Source of the DNA: Candidatus Spongiisociaceae bacterium
GTDB taxonomy: Bacteria; Actinomycetota; Acidimicrobiia; Spongiisociales; Spongiisociaceae
Direction of reading: 5' to 3'
Assembly: GCA_965262915.1 (NCBI GenBank)
Contig: OZ253564.1
Coordinates: forward strand, 3,744,001-3,808,000
Length of the DNA stretch: 64,000 nucleotides
Shown here: positions 28,653-38,700 of the stretch, piece by piece
Layout of the letters: the number at the start of each line of letters is the position of its first letter
Numbering within the stretch: the first letter of the stretch is position 1
Notes under the pieces: model-generated
The model's input: only the letters and a program-made list of their open reading frames with translations
Told to the model about the DNA's origin: nothing
Database searches by the model: none
Made by a program: the position numbers and the translations under genes

Positions 28653-29627
28653 GTGAGCTCCCAGAGCCGCATCCGCACGGTGACCGGCGACGTGCCCTCG
28701 TCTTCGTGGGGTTTGACCAACGCCCACGCCCATCTGGCTCTCGGCGTGGAGGAGCAGAGCCATCCGGAGTGGAGCGACACCGCCGAGCGCTACAGCGACC
28801 ACGTCCTGTCCGTCGGGGACACCCTGCCCGAACTCCGGGCCTATGCAGAAGCCGGGGGATCATGCCTGGTCGATCTCACTCCGATGGGCTTGGGGCGGGA
28901 CCCGACCGGCCTGGTCGAAGCCTCGGAGCAGACCGGGGTGCACATCGTGATGGGCACGGGCATATACCACGAGCCCTTCCAGCCGGACTGCATCGCCGGC
29001 TTGGGGGCTGTAGAGATCGCCGAGGTCCTCATCGGGGAGATCACCCGAGGTGTAGGAGGCACCGGCATACGGGCCGGGATCATCGGTGAACAGGGCACCT
29101 ACAAGGGGCCGATGACCGAGCGCGAAGCGACCGTGTTCCGGGCCTCGGCCATGGCGGCGGTCGAGACAGGGGTGGCCGTGTCCACCCACACCTACCTGGG
29201 GCGCAACGCTTTCGACCAGATCGACATTCTCACCGCTGAGGGGCTCGCACCCGAGCGGATCGTCGTCGGGCATCTCGACGACACCGAACCGGACCTGGCG
29301 CTGTTCCGCAAGATCATCGAGCGGGGCGCCTACGCGCAGTTCGACAGCATTGGATACGAGTACTACACGGAGACGCTCGGCGTGCAGATGAGTACCGATC
29401 GGGTCCGGGCCGGGGCGCTGCGGCAACTGGCCGAGGAGGGCCTGGCCGACCGGATCATCGTGGCGAGCGACCTCTGCCGGAAGCGGCATCTGACGGTGAA
29501 CGGCGGACCCGGTCTTGCTCATCTCATCACGGGTTTTCGCGAGCTGGCCGGGGAAGAGGGTGTTCCGGTCGAAGTGCTCGATCGATGCATGATCACCAAC
29601 CCGGCCACCGTCCTGGCGATGGTGTGA
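28653..29627 (+). CDS. Phosphotriesterase-family hydrolase 2 (close paralog of 27231-28196)
   Basis: Same motifs; long near-identical stretches (FRASAMAAVETG, IGYEYYTE, CMITNPAT). Confidence 0.92.
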   Translation: MSSQSRIRTVTGDVPSSSWGLTNAHAHLALGVEEQSHPEWSDTAERYSDHVLSVGDTLPELRAYAEAGGSCLVDLTPMGLGRDPTGLVEASEQTGVHIVMGTGIYHEPFQPDCIAGLGAVEIAEVLIGEITRGVGGTGIRAGIIGEQGTYKGPMTEREATVFRASAMAAVETGVAVSTHTYLGRNAFDQIDILTAEGLAPERIVVGHLDDTEPDLALFRKIIERGAYAQFDSIGYEYYTETLGVQMSTDRVRAGALRQLAEEGLADRIIVASDLCRKRHLTVNGGPGLAHLITGFRELAGEEGVPVEVLDRCMITNPATVLAMV

Positions 29628-31222
29628 TGGCGGTTCCGAACGGCGGCGACGCGGTGGTCTCAGCCCTGGCGGACCGTGGCGTGAACACCGTCTTCGGCAT
29701 ACCCGCTAGCTACACGGTCGAGATCTACGACGCCATCGCCCGCCAGGGCGGGATCCGCTCGATCGTGGCGCGCAACGAGCAGGCCGCCGCCTTCATGGCC
29801 GACGGCTACGCCCGGCGCTCGGGCAAGCCCGGGGTGGTGATCGTTACCGGCGGCCCCGGCCTCGGGAACACCATCACCGGACTCCAGACCGCCTACGCGG
29901 ATTCTTCGCCCGTGGTGGCCATCGCCAGCGACCACGATCCGGCCCAGCGAGCGGCGCAGCCGGTCGGGCTGCCCCACGAAGCGTTCGACCAGGAAGGACT
30001 CGCCAGGGCCACCGGCGCGATCGTGGCGAGGGCAGACGAAGCCGGAACGATAAGGGACGCGGTGACCGCCACGCTGGACGGCACTCGCCGGGGGCGTCCC
30101 CGACCGGGTGTCGTGCTGATCGGACGGAGCGCTCTCGAAGCTCCCGAGGCGCAGGAAGATGCAGGAGAACGACCGCTGCCCTCGCCCCGTCCCGCTCCCG
30201 CCCGCCACCAACTGGAGAAGGTCGCCGAACTCCTGGGTTCGGCCGCCAACCCCGTCGTCGTGGTCGGCGCGGGTGTGGTCCTCGGCCGGGCCGAGGCGGA
30301 CCTGGCCCGCTTCCTGGCTGTCACTGCCCTGCCGGTCGTGACGACCGTCCCGGGTCGCGCGGCTGCCGATCAGGAGAACGGTTGGGTGGGTGTTCTGGAC
30401 AATCCCGCCGCAAGGGGGATCCTCGAACGCGCCGATGTGGTGCTCGCTCTCGGAACGAGCTTCGGGAATGCATCGACCGCCGAGTGGACGCTCGAGATGA
30501 ACGGTTCGCTCGTTCACGTCGACATCGATCCTGCCAGCCTGGGCCAGCACTACGAGACGGCCCTGGCCATCGAGGCGGACGCCGGAACCTTCCTCGCGGC
30601 TCTCACCGAACTCCTGTCCCGCCACCCGAACCGAAGATCCGGGCCACGGTCACAGCGGGCGGCATCGAGGGTCTCCCACCCATGGATCGACCCCATAGAG
30701 GCGGTGCTGCCCGCCCGCGATGCCACGATCTGCGGCGATGTCACCATGGCTCTGCGATGGATCCCCGGCGGGGTGTCGCTAGGACCCGAGCGCCGGCTGA
30801 TGACGCCCTCGAACTTCATGACGCTGGGGTGGGCCTACGCGGCTGCCCTGGGCGTGCAGGCCGCTGCACCCGGCGACGCGGTACTGGCGGTGATGGGCGA
30901 CGGAGGGGCCCTGTTCACGCTCGGGGAGTTGGCGACGGCCGCCGAGCACCGGCTGCCCGTGTGCCTGCTCGTGTACAACAACCGCTCCTACGGGATCATC
31001 GCCGAGGTGCAGGACATGCTCTGCGACGGGCGCCGCTTCGGCATCGACCTCCAACAACCCGACTTCGTAGCCGTGGCCCGGGCCTTCGGGATGCAGGCCT
31101 CCCGAGCGTCCACTCCCGAGGAACTCGAGGACGCGTTGGCGCGCCACATCGGAACCGGCCGGCCCAGCCTCGTCGACGCCCGGGTCGGTATCTCCGACCT
31201 GGGCGTCGGCTCGAACCTGTGA
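29627..31222 (+). CDS. ThDP-dependent enzyme (acetolactate synthase-like)
   Basis: VFGIP, RNEQAAAFMADGYAR, GPGLGN, GDGGALFT..YNN; TGATG coupling. Confidence 0.92.
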   Translation: MAVPNGGDAVVSALADRGVNTVFGIPASYTVEIYDAIARQGGIRSIVARNEQAAAFMADGYARRSGKPGVVIVTGGPGLGNTITGLQTAYADSSPVVAIASDHDPAQRAAQPVGLPHEAFDQEGLARATGAIVARADEAGTIRDAVTATLDGTRRGRPRPGVVLIGRSALEAPEAQEDAGERPLPSPRPAPARHQLEKVAELLGSAANPVVVVGAGVVLGRAEADLARFLAVTALPVVTTVPGRAAADQENGWVGVLDNPAARGILERADVVLALGTSFGNASTAEWTLEMNGSLVHVDIDPASLGQHYETALAIEADAGTFLAALTELLSRHPNRRSGPRSQRAASRVSHPWIDPIEAVLPARDATICGDVTMALRWIPGGVSLGPERRLMTPSNFMTLGWAYAAALGVQAAAPGDAVLAVMGDGGALFTLGELATAAEHRLPVCLLVYNNRSYGIIAEVQDMLCDGRRFGIDLQQPDFVAVARAFGMQASRASTPEELEDALARHIGTGRPSLVDARVGISDLGVGSNL

Positions 31223-31230
31223 ACCCCCAG

Positions 31231-31391
31231 GGGTCTGTCTGTGAAACGGCGGCGTGGTATGCGCCGTCAGCGGCGTTCCTCGCAAGGCCCGCCGACGAAG
31301 GCATACCCGCAGCGGTACGTTGAGGAGGCGGAACGCAGCGAGGGGCGCCGATGGCTGCCAGAGCACGGCAAGTTGTTTTGCAGACAGACCA
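31231..31391 (+). mobile_element. MITE-like palindromic repeat, copy 2 (161 bp)
   Basis: GGGTCTGTCTGTGAA..TTGCAGACAGACCA, flanked by CCAG and CTAG like copy 1. Confidence 0.8.
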
Positions 31392-31439
31392 CTAGATGGA
31401 GAGAGGGATGATGCCATCGAGCAGAACAGGACGGCTGCA

Positions 31440-32801
31440 ATGACCGGCCCACACGGACCCACCGCCGGAGCCGAGCTTCCGCAACTCGTGACGGAAGTGC
31501 CCGGGCCGGTCTCCCGGGCCGTGTTCAAGAGGGATCAGAACCTGGTGGCGGCCGGCAACTCGGCAGGATCGTTGTGGTCGGAGCTTGCCGTGGTCGAAGG
31601 GCGAGGGGCCATGATCACCGACGCAGACGGCAACCGCCTGCTCGACGCCTGCTCGGGCACCGTGGTGATGAATCTCGGTCACGGCCATCCGGCCGTGGCG
31701 GAGGCGCTCGGCCGCCAGGCCCGCCGGCTGACCCACTTCTACGACTTCGCCACCGAGGTCCGGGTCGAGTTCGTCGAGCTTCTCAAGAGCACCCTGCCGC
31801 GGGCCTTGGACGCCTTCCACCTGGCCAACTCCGGGAGCGAGGCGGTCGAGGCGGCTCTCCGCACCGTCCGGTCCGCTACGGGACGCCACGAGGTGATCGC
31901 CTTCCACAACGCCTACCACGGCCGCACCCTGGGGGCCCTCTCCCTGACCACCGGAGCCGGACGGGAGGGTCTCGGACCGCTGCTGCCCGGAGTCGTGCAC
32001 GCGCCGGCGCCCGACCCCACCGTGTCACCGGAGTCAGACGAGGCGCAGCGCGTCACCGAATGCGGGCGGCACCTCGATCGCCTGGTGTCGCAGGTACTCA
32101 CCGACCTGCCCGCCGCGGTCTTCATCGAACCCATGCAGGGCGCCGGCGGCATGCTCCCCATCCCGGCCGGATTCCTCGAGTTGCTGCGCCGTTTCTGCGA
32201 CCGGACCGGCGCTCTGCTCGTGTTCGACGAGATCCTCACCGGGGGCGGCCGGACCGGGCGGCTGTGGGCCTATCAACACTCCGGCACGACTCCCGACATC
32301 CTCCTGCTCGGGAAAGGCATCGGCGGCGGCTTCCCCCTGGGGATCGTGGCCGGGCCCCGCAGCGTCATGGACGCGGGACCCGGCGCCCAACCCACCCACA
32401 ACAGCAGCACCTTCGGAGGCAACCCCCTCGCCTGCGCGGCCGGGCTGGCTGCTCTGGCCGCGCTCCTCGACGAGGGCCTGGTCGAGAACGCCGCCCGCGT
32501 GGGCGGGCACCTGATCGAGGCACTGCGGGAGCGGTTGGCGCCCCGCCGCCATGTGGCCGATGTCCGGGGCCTGGGCCTGGCGATCGGAGTGGAGATGGTC
32601 ACCGACAAGACCACTCGCACGCCGGTGCCGGGCGACTTCATACGCGCGGCCCTGAGGGGGCTGCTGCGACGGGGCGTGGTCACTTCCAGCACCAGCCACG
32701 TGATGAGGATCACTCCTCCCCTGTGCCTGACGGTCCCCCAAGCCGACTATATAGCCGACGCAGTCGACGATACTCTGCTGGAGTTGGAACGGAACGCCTG
32801 A
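31440..32801 (+). CDS. Class III PLP aminotransferase (GABA/ornithine AT-like)
   Basis: DGNRLLD, LGHGHP, NSGSEAVE, YHGRT, EPMQGAGG, FDEILTGGGRTG, GKGIGGG, STFGGNP. Confidence 0.94.
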   Translation: MTGPHGPTAGAELPQLVTEVPGPVSRAVFKRDQNLVAAGNSAGSLWSELAVVEGRGAMITDADGNRLLDACSGTVVMNLGHGHPAVAEALGRQARRLTHFYDFATEVRVEFVELLKSTLPRALDAFHLANSGSEAVEAALRTVRSATGRHEVIAFHNAYHGRTLGALSLTTGAGREGLGPLLPGVVHAPAPDPTVSPESDEAQRVTECGRHLDRLVSQVLTDLPAAVFIEPMQGAGGMLPIPAGFLELLRRFCDRTGALLVFDEILTGGGRTGRLWAYQHSGTTPDILLLGKGIGGGFPLGIVAGPRSVMDAGPGAQPTHNSSTFGGNPLACAAGLAALAALLDEGLVENAARVGGHLIEALRERLAPRRHVADVRGLGLAIGVEMVTDKTTRTPVPGDFIRAALRGLLRRGVVTSSTSHVMRITPPLCLTVPQADYIADAVDDTLLELERNA

Positions 32802-32979
32802 CCGGGACTGTCCGCCGATCGTAACTGCGCGGCGGAACCTGCCTCCTCGACGACCCGTACGCCTCTGGCAGGCGACCGGGCCGAGTCGACGTCCATGCAC
32901 CTACCCGGCGTGAGAGTCCACCACCCGCCGGCGAACACACCGCCCGGTTCCGTGGGGGGCCGTACTCGTGTGCCCTTTG

Positions 32980-33071
32980 TGAAACCGGTTACAGAACCGA
33001 TTGCATGGTGAATAACATCCTCAACCAGTTAGTTTGTTATATGTAGATAACAGTCAATGTAATCGGTTGCA
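32980..33071. promoter_or_regulatory. Three LacI-type operators upstream of the BMP ABC operon
   Basis: TGAAACCGGTTACA (32980), CAGAACCGATTGCA (32992), TGTAATCGGTTGCA (33058) in an AT-rich promoter region; LacI gene at 38701. Confidence 0.75.
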
Positions 33072-33114
33072 AGAGGCAACTGGAATAGGGTGCAGCCGGC
33101 GAGGGAGGTAAGTG

Positions 33115-34176
33115 ATGAGATCAGGACGATTGCTGCTCGGGTTGGCGATCGGGTTTGCTCTCGCAGCACCCGCATGCGGCGGCAGCCGCGACACCGCTCC
33201 CTCCGTGACCCCGGCAGCACCGCCACCGGAGGCAACTCCGGTCACCGAGGAACCGATCAAGGTCGTCCTGGTCTCGAACCAGGCGGCGGGCGACCTGGGC
33301 CCCGTGGACGGGATGATCGATGGCCTGGAAGCCTCGGGTGCGGCCAGCGGACACGCCACCCAGTTCGTCGAAGCCTCCGAACCCGCTGCCTTCGAGATGC
33401 AACTCCGCAACCTCGCCGGCAGCGGCGCAGACATCATCATCGTGACGTTCTTCGATCTCGGTTCCACCGTCGCTCTGATCGCTCCCGACTATCCCGACAC
33501 TGCGTTCGTGGCCGTGGTGGCCGCGCCTATCGACGAGCCCAATGTCAACGTGGTGGACTACGAGTTCTACAAGGGCGCCTACATCGGCGGCATGTACGCG
33601 GCCATGATGACCGATACCGACCGGCTCGGCTACATCGGCGGCGCGCCTCTCCCCTTTGCCTGGGCGGACTTCAACGCCTTCACCGACGGCGCCCGTTCGG
33701 TCAACCCCGACATCGAGACGACGGCCACCTTCGCCAACGGATTCGAGGATCCCGCCGGAGCACGGGAGATGGCGTCGGGTCTGTACGCGCAGGATGTCGA
33801 CTTCATATTCACGGGCGCGGCGGCCGGCGACATAGGAGTGGTCCAAGCGGCTGTCGAGAACGACGCCATGGTGATGGTGGCCTCCGATCTCTCCGACCTC
33901 GGACCCGCCAACGTGGCATTGGTCGTCGAGATCGAATGGGCCATCACCATCCAGAACGAGATCGACTACGTACTCGGCGGCGGGGACGGAGGCCGGTACC
34001 GCAAGGCCGGACCGGAGTCGGGTGAGATCTCGTTCACGATTCCGGAGGCGTTCGTGGAAGGGGCCAGCGGCGACCGGCCTGAGCGCGCCGAAGCCTCACG
34101 ACCCGGCTTGGAAGCCTCCGTGGCGTCCCTCATCGCCGGTGGCCTGGTGATCGCCGAGGTAGGCGAAGAACGCTGA
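33115..34176 (+). CDS. BMP/PnrA-family ABC substrate-binding lipoprotein (nucleoside-type)
   Basis: Lipobox AAPAC; GAYIGG..A, LGYIGG, F.DGARSVNPDI, FEDP. Confidence 0.9.
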   Translation: MRSGRLLLGLAIGFALAAPACGGSRDTAPSVTPAAPPPEATPVTEEPIKVVLVSNQAAGDLGPVDGMIDGLEASGAASGHATQFVEASEPAAFEMQLRNLAGSGADIIIVTFFDLGSTVALIAPDYPDTAFVAVVAAPIDEPNVNVVDYEFYKGAYIGGMYAAMMTDTDRLGYIGGAPLPFAWADFNAFTDGARSVNPDIETTATFANGFEDPAGAREMASGLYAQDVDFIFTGAAAGDIGVVQAAVENDAMVMVASDLSDLGPANVALVVEIEWAITIQNEIDYVLGGGDGGRYRKAGPESGEISFTIPEAFVEGASGDRPERAEASRPGLEASVASLIAGGLVIAEVGEER

Positions 34177-34187
34177 GCGAACACACC

Positions 34188-35729
34188 TTGCCTACCCCTC
34201 CGGACCGCTCCCATCACGAATCGGGTAGGTGGGCGGTCCGGTGCAACGACCTCACCGTCCGGTTCGGTGCGCTCACGGCGGTATCCGGCGTGTCGATGCA
34301 ACTCCCCCGAGGCGGTATCCATGCCCTGGTCGGCCAGAACGGAGCCGGGAAGACGACGCTGGCCAGAGTGCTGGCGGGATTGCAGGCCCAAGACCACGGC
34401 ACCGTCGAGATCAACGGAACGGAAATCCCGGCCGGTGACCACCGAACCGCCCGGCGGGCGGGCGTCGATATGGTCTACCAGTACGCGTCGCTGGTTCCCG
34501 GCATGACGGTGGCCGAGGCGCTGGAACTCTGGGCTCCCAAGGGGCAGGTGGGCGGCTACCGGCGGCACAATATCGAGCGGCGCTGGACGGCGTACCTGGC
34601 CGAGCACGACATTGAGATCGATGTCCGGCAGCGGGTTCGCGACCTGCCGGCGGAAACGGTCCAGTCCATCGAGATCGCCCGCGCCGACCCGGGGCCGGGG
34701 GGCCTGCTGATACTGGACGAACCGACCTCGCTCCTCGCGCCGGGTCGGGTGGCGCGCCTCTTCGAGCAACTCCGCGCCGCGGCCGCCGCAGGAGTCACGG
34801 TCATAATCGTGCTTCACAAACTGGCCGAGGTGCGGGAGGTCGCCGACACCGTGTCGGTGATGCGCCGAGGTCGTCTGGCGCTGGAACCGACACCTATCGA
34901 ATCGGTGGACGACGCCCGGCTCGGCGAACTGATCATGGGGCGCGAGCACCCGTCGGGCGGCCACCCCCGAACCCACGTAACCGCCGAGAAGACCCTGGTG
35001 GCAACCGGACTCGAGGCGCCGGGCGGCCCCAACGATGCGCCGCTCCGGGATGTGACGCTGGAGGTGCGCGCCGGAGAGATCGTCGGCGTGCCCGGAGTCG
35101 CCGGCAACGGGCAACACACTCTGGTGGAGGTACTGGCCGGTCTCCGCACTCCCACGTCGGGTACGGTGACCATGTTCGGCACCGATATCGGCCGAGCCTC
35201 GACTGCCAAGCGGCGCTCGGCCGGACTGCGTTTCGTTCCCTTCGATCGCACCGCCGACGGCATAGGCACCGAACTGCCGCTGTGGCAGAACGTGACGAGT
35301 TGGGAGGCGGAACGCTTCCGGCGATGGAGAAGGCTTCCGTTCCTGTCCGTGGCCAGGATGCGTCGCGAGGCATGTGATCGCCTCGACCTTTTCGGCGTGG
35401 TCTACTCGGACATCGAGCAGCCCGCCGGATCTCTCTCCGGTGGCAACATGCAGCGTCTGATACTCGCTCGCGAGCTTCCCGACGCGGCTGCGCTCATCGC
35501 GGCTCGACCAACCCGAGGACTTGACATCGGCGGCACCCGGGTCGTCTGGCGGTGTATCCGGGACCTGGCGGCCGCCGGAGTCCCGATCCTGGTGATCGCG
35601 TCGGACCTCGCGGAGACCCTGGACCACAGCGACCGCGTCGTGGTGCTGCGCGGCGGGGTCATCGGTGCGGAATTCCTTCCTCCTTTCGACCGCGCCCGCA
35701 TAGGCCGCGCCATGACCGGGGGCGTGTAG
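34188..35729 (+). CDS. ABC ATPase with two NBDs (CUT2/nucleoside type)
   Basis: GQNGAGKTT, ILDEPT, LSGGNMQR, PTRGLD. Confidence 0.93.
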   Translation: MPTPPDRSHHESGRWAVRCNDLTVRFGALTAVSGVSMQLPRGGIHALVGQNGAGKTTLARVLAGLQAQDHGTVEINGTEIPAGDHRTARRAGVDMVYQYASLVPGMTVAEALELWAPKGQVGGYRRHNIERRWTAYLAEHDIEIDVRQRVRDLPAETVQSIEIARADPGPGGLLILDEPTSLLAPGRVARLFEQLRAAAAAGVTVIIVLHKLAEVREVADTVSVMRRGRLALEPTPIESVDDARLGELIMGREHPSGGHPRTHVTAEKTLVATGLEAPGGPNDAPLRDVTLEVRAGEIVGVPGVAGNGQHTLVEVLAGLRTPTSGTVTMFGTDIGRASTAKRRSAGLRFVPFDRTADGIGTELPLWQNVTSWEAERFRRWRRLPFLSVARMRREACDRLDLFGVVYSDIEQPAGSLSGGNMQRLILARELPDAAALIAARPTRGLDIGGTRVVWRCIRDLAAAGVPILVIASDLAETLDHSDRVVVLRGGVIGAEFLPPFDRARIGRAMTGGV

Positions 35730-35745
35730 TGAGGGGACGATCAGC

Positions 35746-36882
35746 ATGAGATCACTCCTTCTGTCAGCGTCCACCAAGGGGATCCCGGTGGCCGTGGCGT
35801 TGGGTTTGACCTTCTCGTTGTTCGAAGTCACCGGCTTCGACTCTCTGGGCGTGGCGTCGGGAATCGTCGAGGGCGCCCTCACCGGTCCCGGTGCGCTCTC
35901 CAACACGTTCCGCTGGGCCGTACCCCTCATTCTCATGGCCCTCGGTATCGCGGTGAGCCTGCGCGCCGGCGAGTTCAACATCGGCACCCAAGGGCAGTTG
36001 CTGGTAGGCAGCCTGGCCACCGTCTGGGTCGCCCTCGAATGGGAAGCCCCGGCACCGGCTGTGATCCTGGTGGCGACGTTGGTGGGGGTGATCGCCGGAG
36101 CGATGTGGTCTTCCATCGCCGGCGTGCTCAAGGTCCGCCTAGGCGCGGACGAGGTGATCACCACGCTGATGCTGAATCTCGTCTCGCTGCAGGTAATCCA
36201 GTGGGCCGCAACCGGGCCCCTGAAGGACCTGACCAACAGCGGTGACTCGGCTTCCACGCCGCGGATCGATCCCGCTCTGCGCCTGCAGGAGTCCGGTCGC
36301 GCGTCTCCCGAGATCCTGATCCTGACCTCGGCCATCATCATCGCGGTCTGGGTACTGATGGACAGGAGCAGGCTGGGGTTCCACATCCGCTACGTCGGCA
36401 CCAACCCGTCGGCCGCCCGCTGGCAGGGTATGTCGATAGCCCGCATCCAAATGTCTACGTACCTGATCGCGGGGGGCCTGGCCGGGCTGGCGGGCGCGAT
36501 GGAGGTACTGGGGCCGGCCGGTCGGGTAGTCACCGGTTCGACACCCACCCTCGGGTTCAGCGCTCTGGTCGTCGCGACCGTGGCCGGTCTAGGTGTGCCC
36601 GGCACCGCCGCGGTGGCAATCCTCGCCGGAGCGGTCCAGGCCGCCGTCCTATACCTCCCGATCGTCTCGGATGTGCCGGTCTCCGGTCTCCGGATCGGAG
36701 AAGGGCTCCTCGCCACGCTGATCACGGCGCAGGTCGCCACCGTTCTCCGGAGAAGGCGAAACCCCACCACCCGGGGCCGGGTCCGAGCGGACCGGCGACA
36801 CACCCTGTGCCGGAGCCGACGGTCCCCCGAGCACACCGGCCTCGATCCGGCCACCGGAAGGCGCTCATGGAAGAGTTCGTAG
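35746..36882 (+). CDS. ABC permease (BPD_transp_2)
   Basis: FNIGTQGQ, EVITTLMLN, GGLAGLAG; multiple TM helices. Confidence 0.9.
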   Translation: MRSLLLSASTKGIPVAVALGLTFSLFEVTGFDSLGVASGIVEGALTGPGALSNTFRWAVPLILMALGIAVSLRAGEFNIGTQGQLLVGSLATVWVALEWEAPAPAVILVATLVGVIAGAMWSSIAGVLKVRLGADEVITTLMLNLVSLQVIQWAATGPLKDLTNSGDSASTPRIDPALRLQESGRASPEILILTSAIIIAVWVLMDRSRLGFHIRYVGTNPSAARWQGMSIARIQMSTYLIAGGLAGLAGAMEVLGPAGRVVTGSTPTLGFSALVVATVAGLGVPGTAAVAILAGAVQAAVLYLPIVSDVPVSGLRIGEGLLATLITAQVATVLRRRRNPTTRGRVRADRRHTLCRSRRSPEHTGLDPATGRRSWKSS

Positions 36883-37778
36883 CATCGACCATTCGTGTGA
36901 GCGTCCCGATCGCACTGGCAGCAACAGCCTCTCTGTTCGCGGTGCGGGCCGGCATCTTCCATCTGGGAATCGAAGGCCTCATGCTCTCCGGCGCATTCAC
37001 CGCCGTCGGCATCGCTCACCGAACCGGTTCCCTGATCCTCGCCGTGAGCGGCGCCGTGGTGATCTCGGCGGTCGTCTCGTGGATCTACTGGTTGCTCATG
37101 GAGAAACTCGGGTCGAATGCCGTCATCACCGGCCTAGGCATCACCGGGTTCTCCCTCGGCGCCACCTCCTACTTCCTGGTTGTCATCTTCGGCCAGAGAG
37201 GCCGGCTGCACTCCCCGGTCCGGCTACCCAGGCCGGTGACCGGCACGCAGGAGGGCCTGGCGGCGTACGTCAACGAACTCTCGATCCTCGGATGGATGAC
37301 GCCCCTGCTCCTGTTGCTGTCCTGGTTCCTGATGCGGCGCAGCCAGTTCGGGTTGCGGCTCACAGCCGTGGGCACCTACTCGTACGGAGCTCGGGCAGCG
37401 GGGATCGACGAAGGGCGGATCCGGCTCCAGGCCATGATGCTGACCTCTGTCGGCGTCGCCCTGGCCGGCACCGAACTGGCTCTGGGCGGTCTCTCCGCGT
37501 TCACCCACGGAATGACCAACGGGCGCGGTTTCATCGCCCTGGCCGCCGCGCTGTTCGGTTTGCTGCATCCGATCGGGACCGCTGCCGCGTCCACGTTCTT
37601 CGGGGCAGCCGAGGCGATCGGTGTCGTCACCCAGGTCCGGGGCATCACGGTCCTGCCAAGACCCCTCATCCTGACGATCCCGTTCGTGCTCACGATCCTT
37701 GCCGTAACGCTCGGCGCAGCGGTCAGGAAACGGTCGCACACCCTCCGCGACAAGGAGGCGGATGTTGGCCAGCCCTGA
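36867..37778 (+). CDS. ABC permease (BPD_transp_2)
   Basis: LGIEGLML.GAF, FGLRL.AVG, GRGFIALAA. Confidence 0.9.
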   Translation: MEEFVASTIRVSVPIALAATASLFAVRAGIFHLGIEGLMLSGAFTAVGIAHRTGSLILAVSGAVVISAVVSWIYWLLMEKLGSNAVITGLGITGFSLGATSYFLVVIFGQRGRLHSPVRLPRPVTGTQEGLAAYVNELSILGWMTPLLLLLSWFLMRRSQFGLRLTAVGTYSYGARAAGIDEGRIRLQAMMLTSVGVALAGTELALGGLSAFTHGMTNGRGFIALAAALFGLLHPIGTAAASTFFGAAEAIGVVTQVRGITVLPRPLILTIPFVLTILAVTLGAAVRKRSHTLRDKEADVGQP

Positions 37779-38673
37779 AGCCTCGGATCTCTGGGAGTCT
37801 TTCCGCGAGGCTCGCGCCGCAGCCCCTCCTTTCGACCTGATCCGCGATAGGGAAACAGCCTCCCGAGCGGGCGAGATCATCCCGCCACCGTACGGGATCA
37901 CCTACTCGACATCGACCATGGCGGGAACCCCGACGCTGCGCGTCGTCCCGACCGAGCTCGTCTCGGATGTGCCGGTCCTGTGGATCCACGGCGGCGCCTT
38001 CACCATGCTGTCGGCCCACGCGTTCCGCCATTGGGCCGGATACCTGGCCGCCGAACTCCGACGCCCCGTGCTCATACCGGACTACAGCCTCGCCCCGGAG
38101 CATCCGTTCCCGACCGCCCTCGACGAGATCGTGAGGGTCTACCTGGAACTCGCCCGCATCCATCCCGACCGGCCCATGGTGGTAATCGCCGACTCGTCGG
38201 GCGGAGCGTTGGGGGTGGGACTCCAGCTACGTTTACGCCAGGACGGTTCGCCGCAACCGGCCCTCACGGTGCTGCTCTGCCCCTGGCTCGACCTGACCCT
38301 GACCAATCCGTCCATCAGCGCCAACGCCCGCCTCGATGCGGTACTGGACGCCTCGATGATCCACTCCTACACCGAGTCCTACCTGAACGGGACCGGCCCG
38401 ACGCACCCCTTCGCCTCCCCCGCTCACGCCGACCTTGATGGCATAGGCCCGCTCTTCATCATGTCCGCCGAGTACGACATCCTGGCCGACGACGCCCTTG
38501 GCTTCGCCCATCGTTGTGCGGAGGCCGGTGTCGAGGCCCATCTCGAGATCGCCCCCGAGCTTCCCCATTGCTACCAGTTCTTCGTGGGAGTGATCCCCGA
38601 GGCTGACGCGGCTCTCAGCCGGATCGTGGAGAGGATCCTGTGCCACGGTGAGCCATGGGACAGCGTCCTGTGA
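37762..38673 (+). CDS. HSL-family alpha/beta hydrolase (esterase)
   Basis: HGGAF, DYSLAPEHPFP, ADSSGG nucleophile, PWLDL, D.L.DD, H. Confidence 0.9.
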   Translation: MLASPEASDLWESFREARAAAPPFDLIRDRETASRAGEIIPPPYGITYSTSTMAGTPTLRVVPTELVSDVPVLWIHGGAFTMLSAHAFRHWAGYLAAELRRPVLIPDYSLAPEHPFPTALDEIVRVYLELARIHPDRPMVVIADSSGGALGVGLQLRLRQDGSPQPALTVLLCPWLDLTLTNPSISANARLDAVLDASMIHSYTESYLNGTGPTHPFASPAHADLDGIGPLFIMSAEYDILADDALGFAHRCAEAGVEAHLEIAPELPHCYQFFVGVIPEADAALSRIVERILCHGEPWDSVL

Positions 38674-38700
38674 CACGCGCCGGCGGAGCGAGCGGCTTGC

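Noticed and set aside
32871-32892. 14-nt match (TCGGCCCGGTCGCC) to element copy A
   Set aside because: A short GC-rich match with no flanking homology; consistent with chance.
33966-36386. Long antisense and alternate-frame ORFs (e.g. 806 aa, 599 aa, 480 aa)
   Set aside because: High-GC shadow ORFs overlapping well-supported genes, with no motifs.
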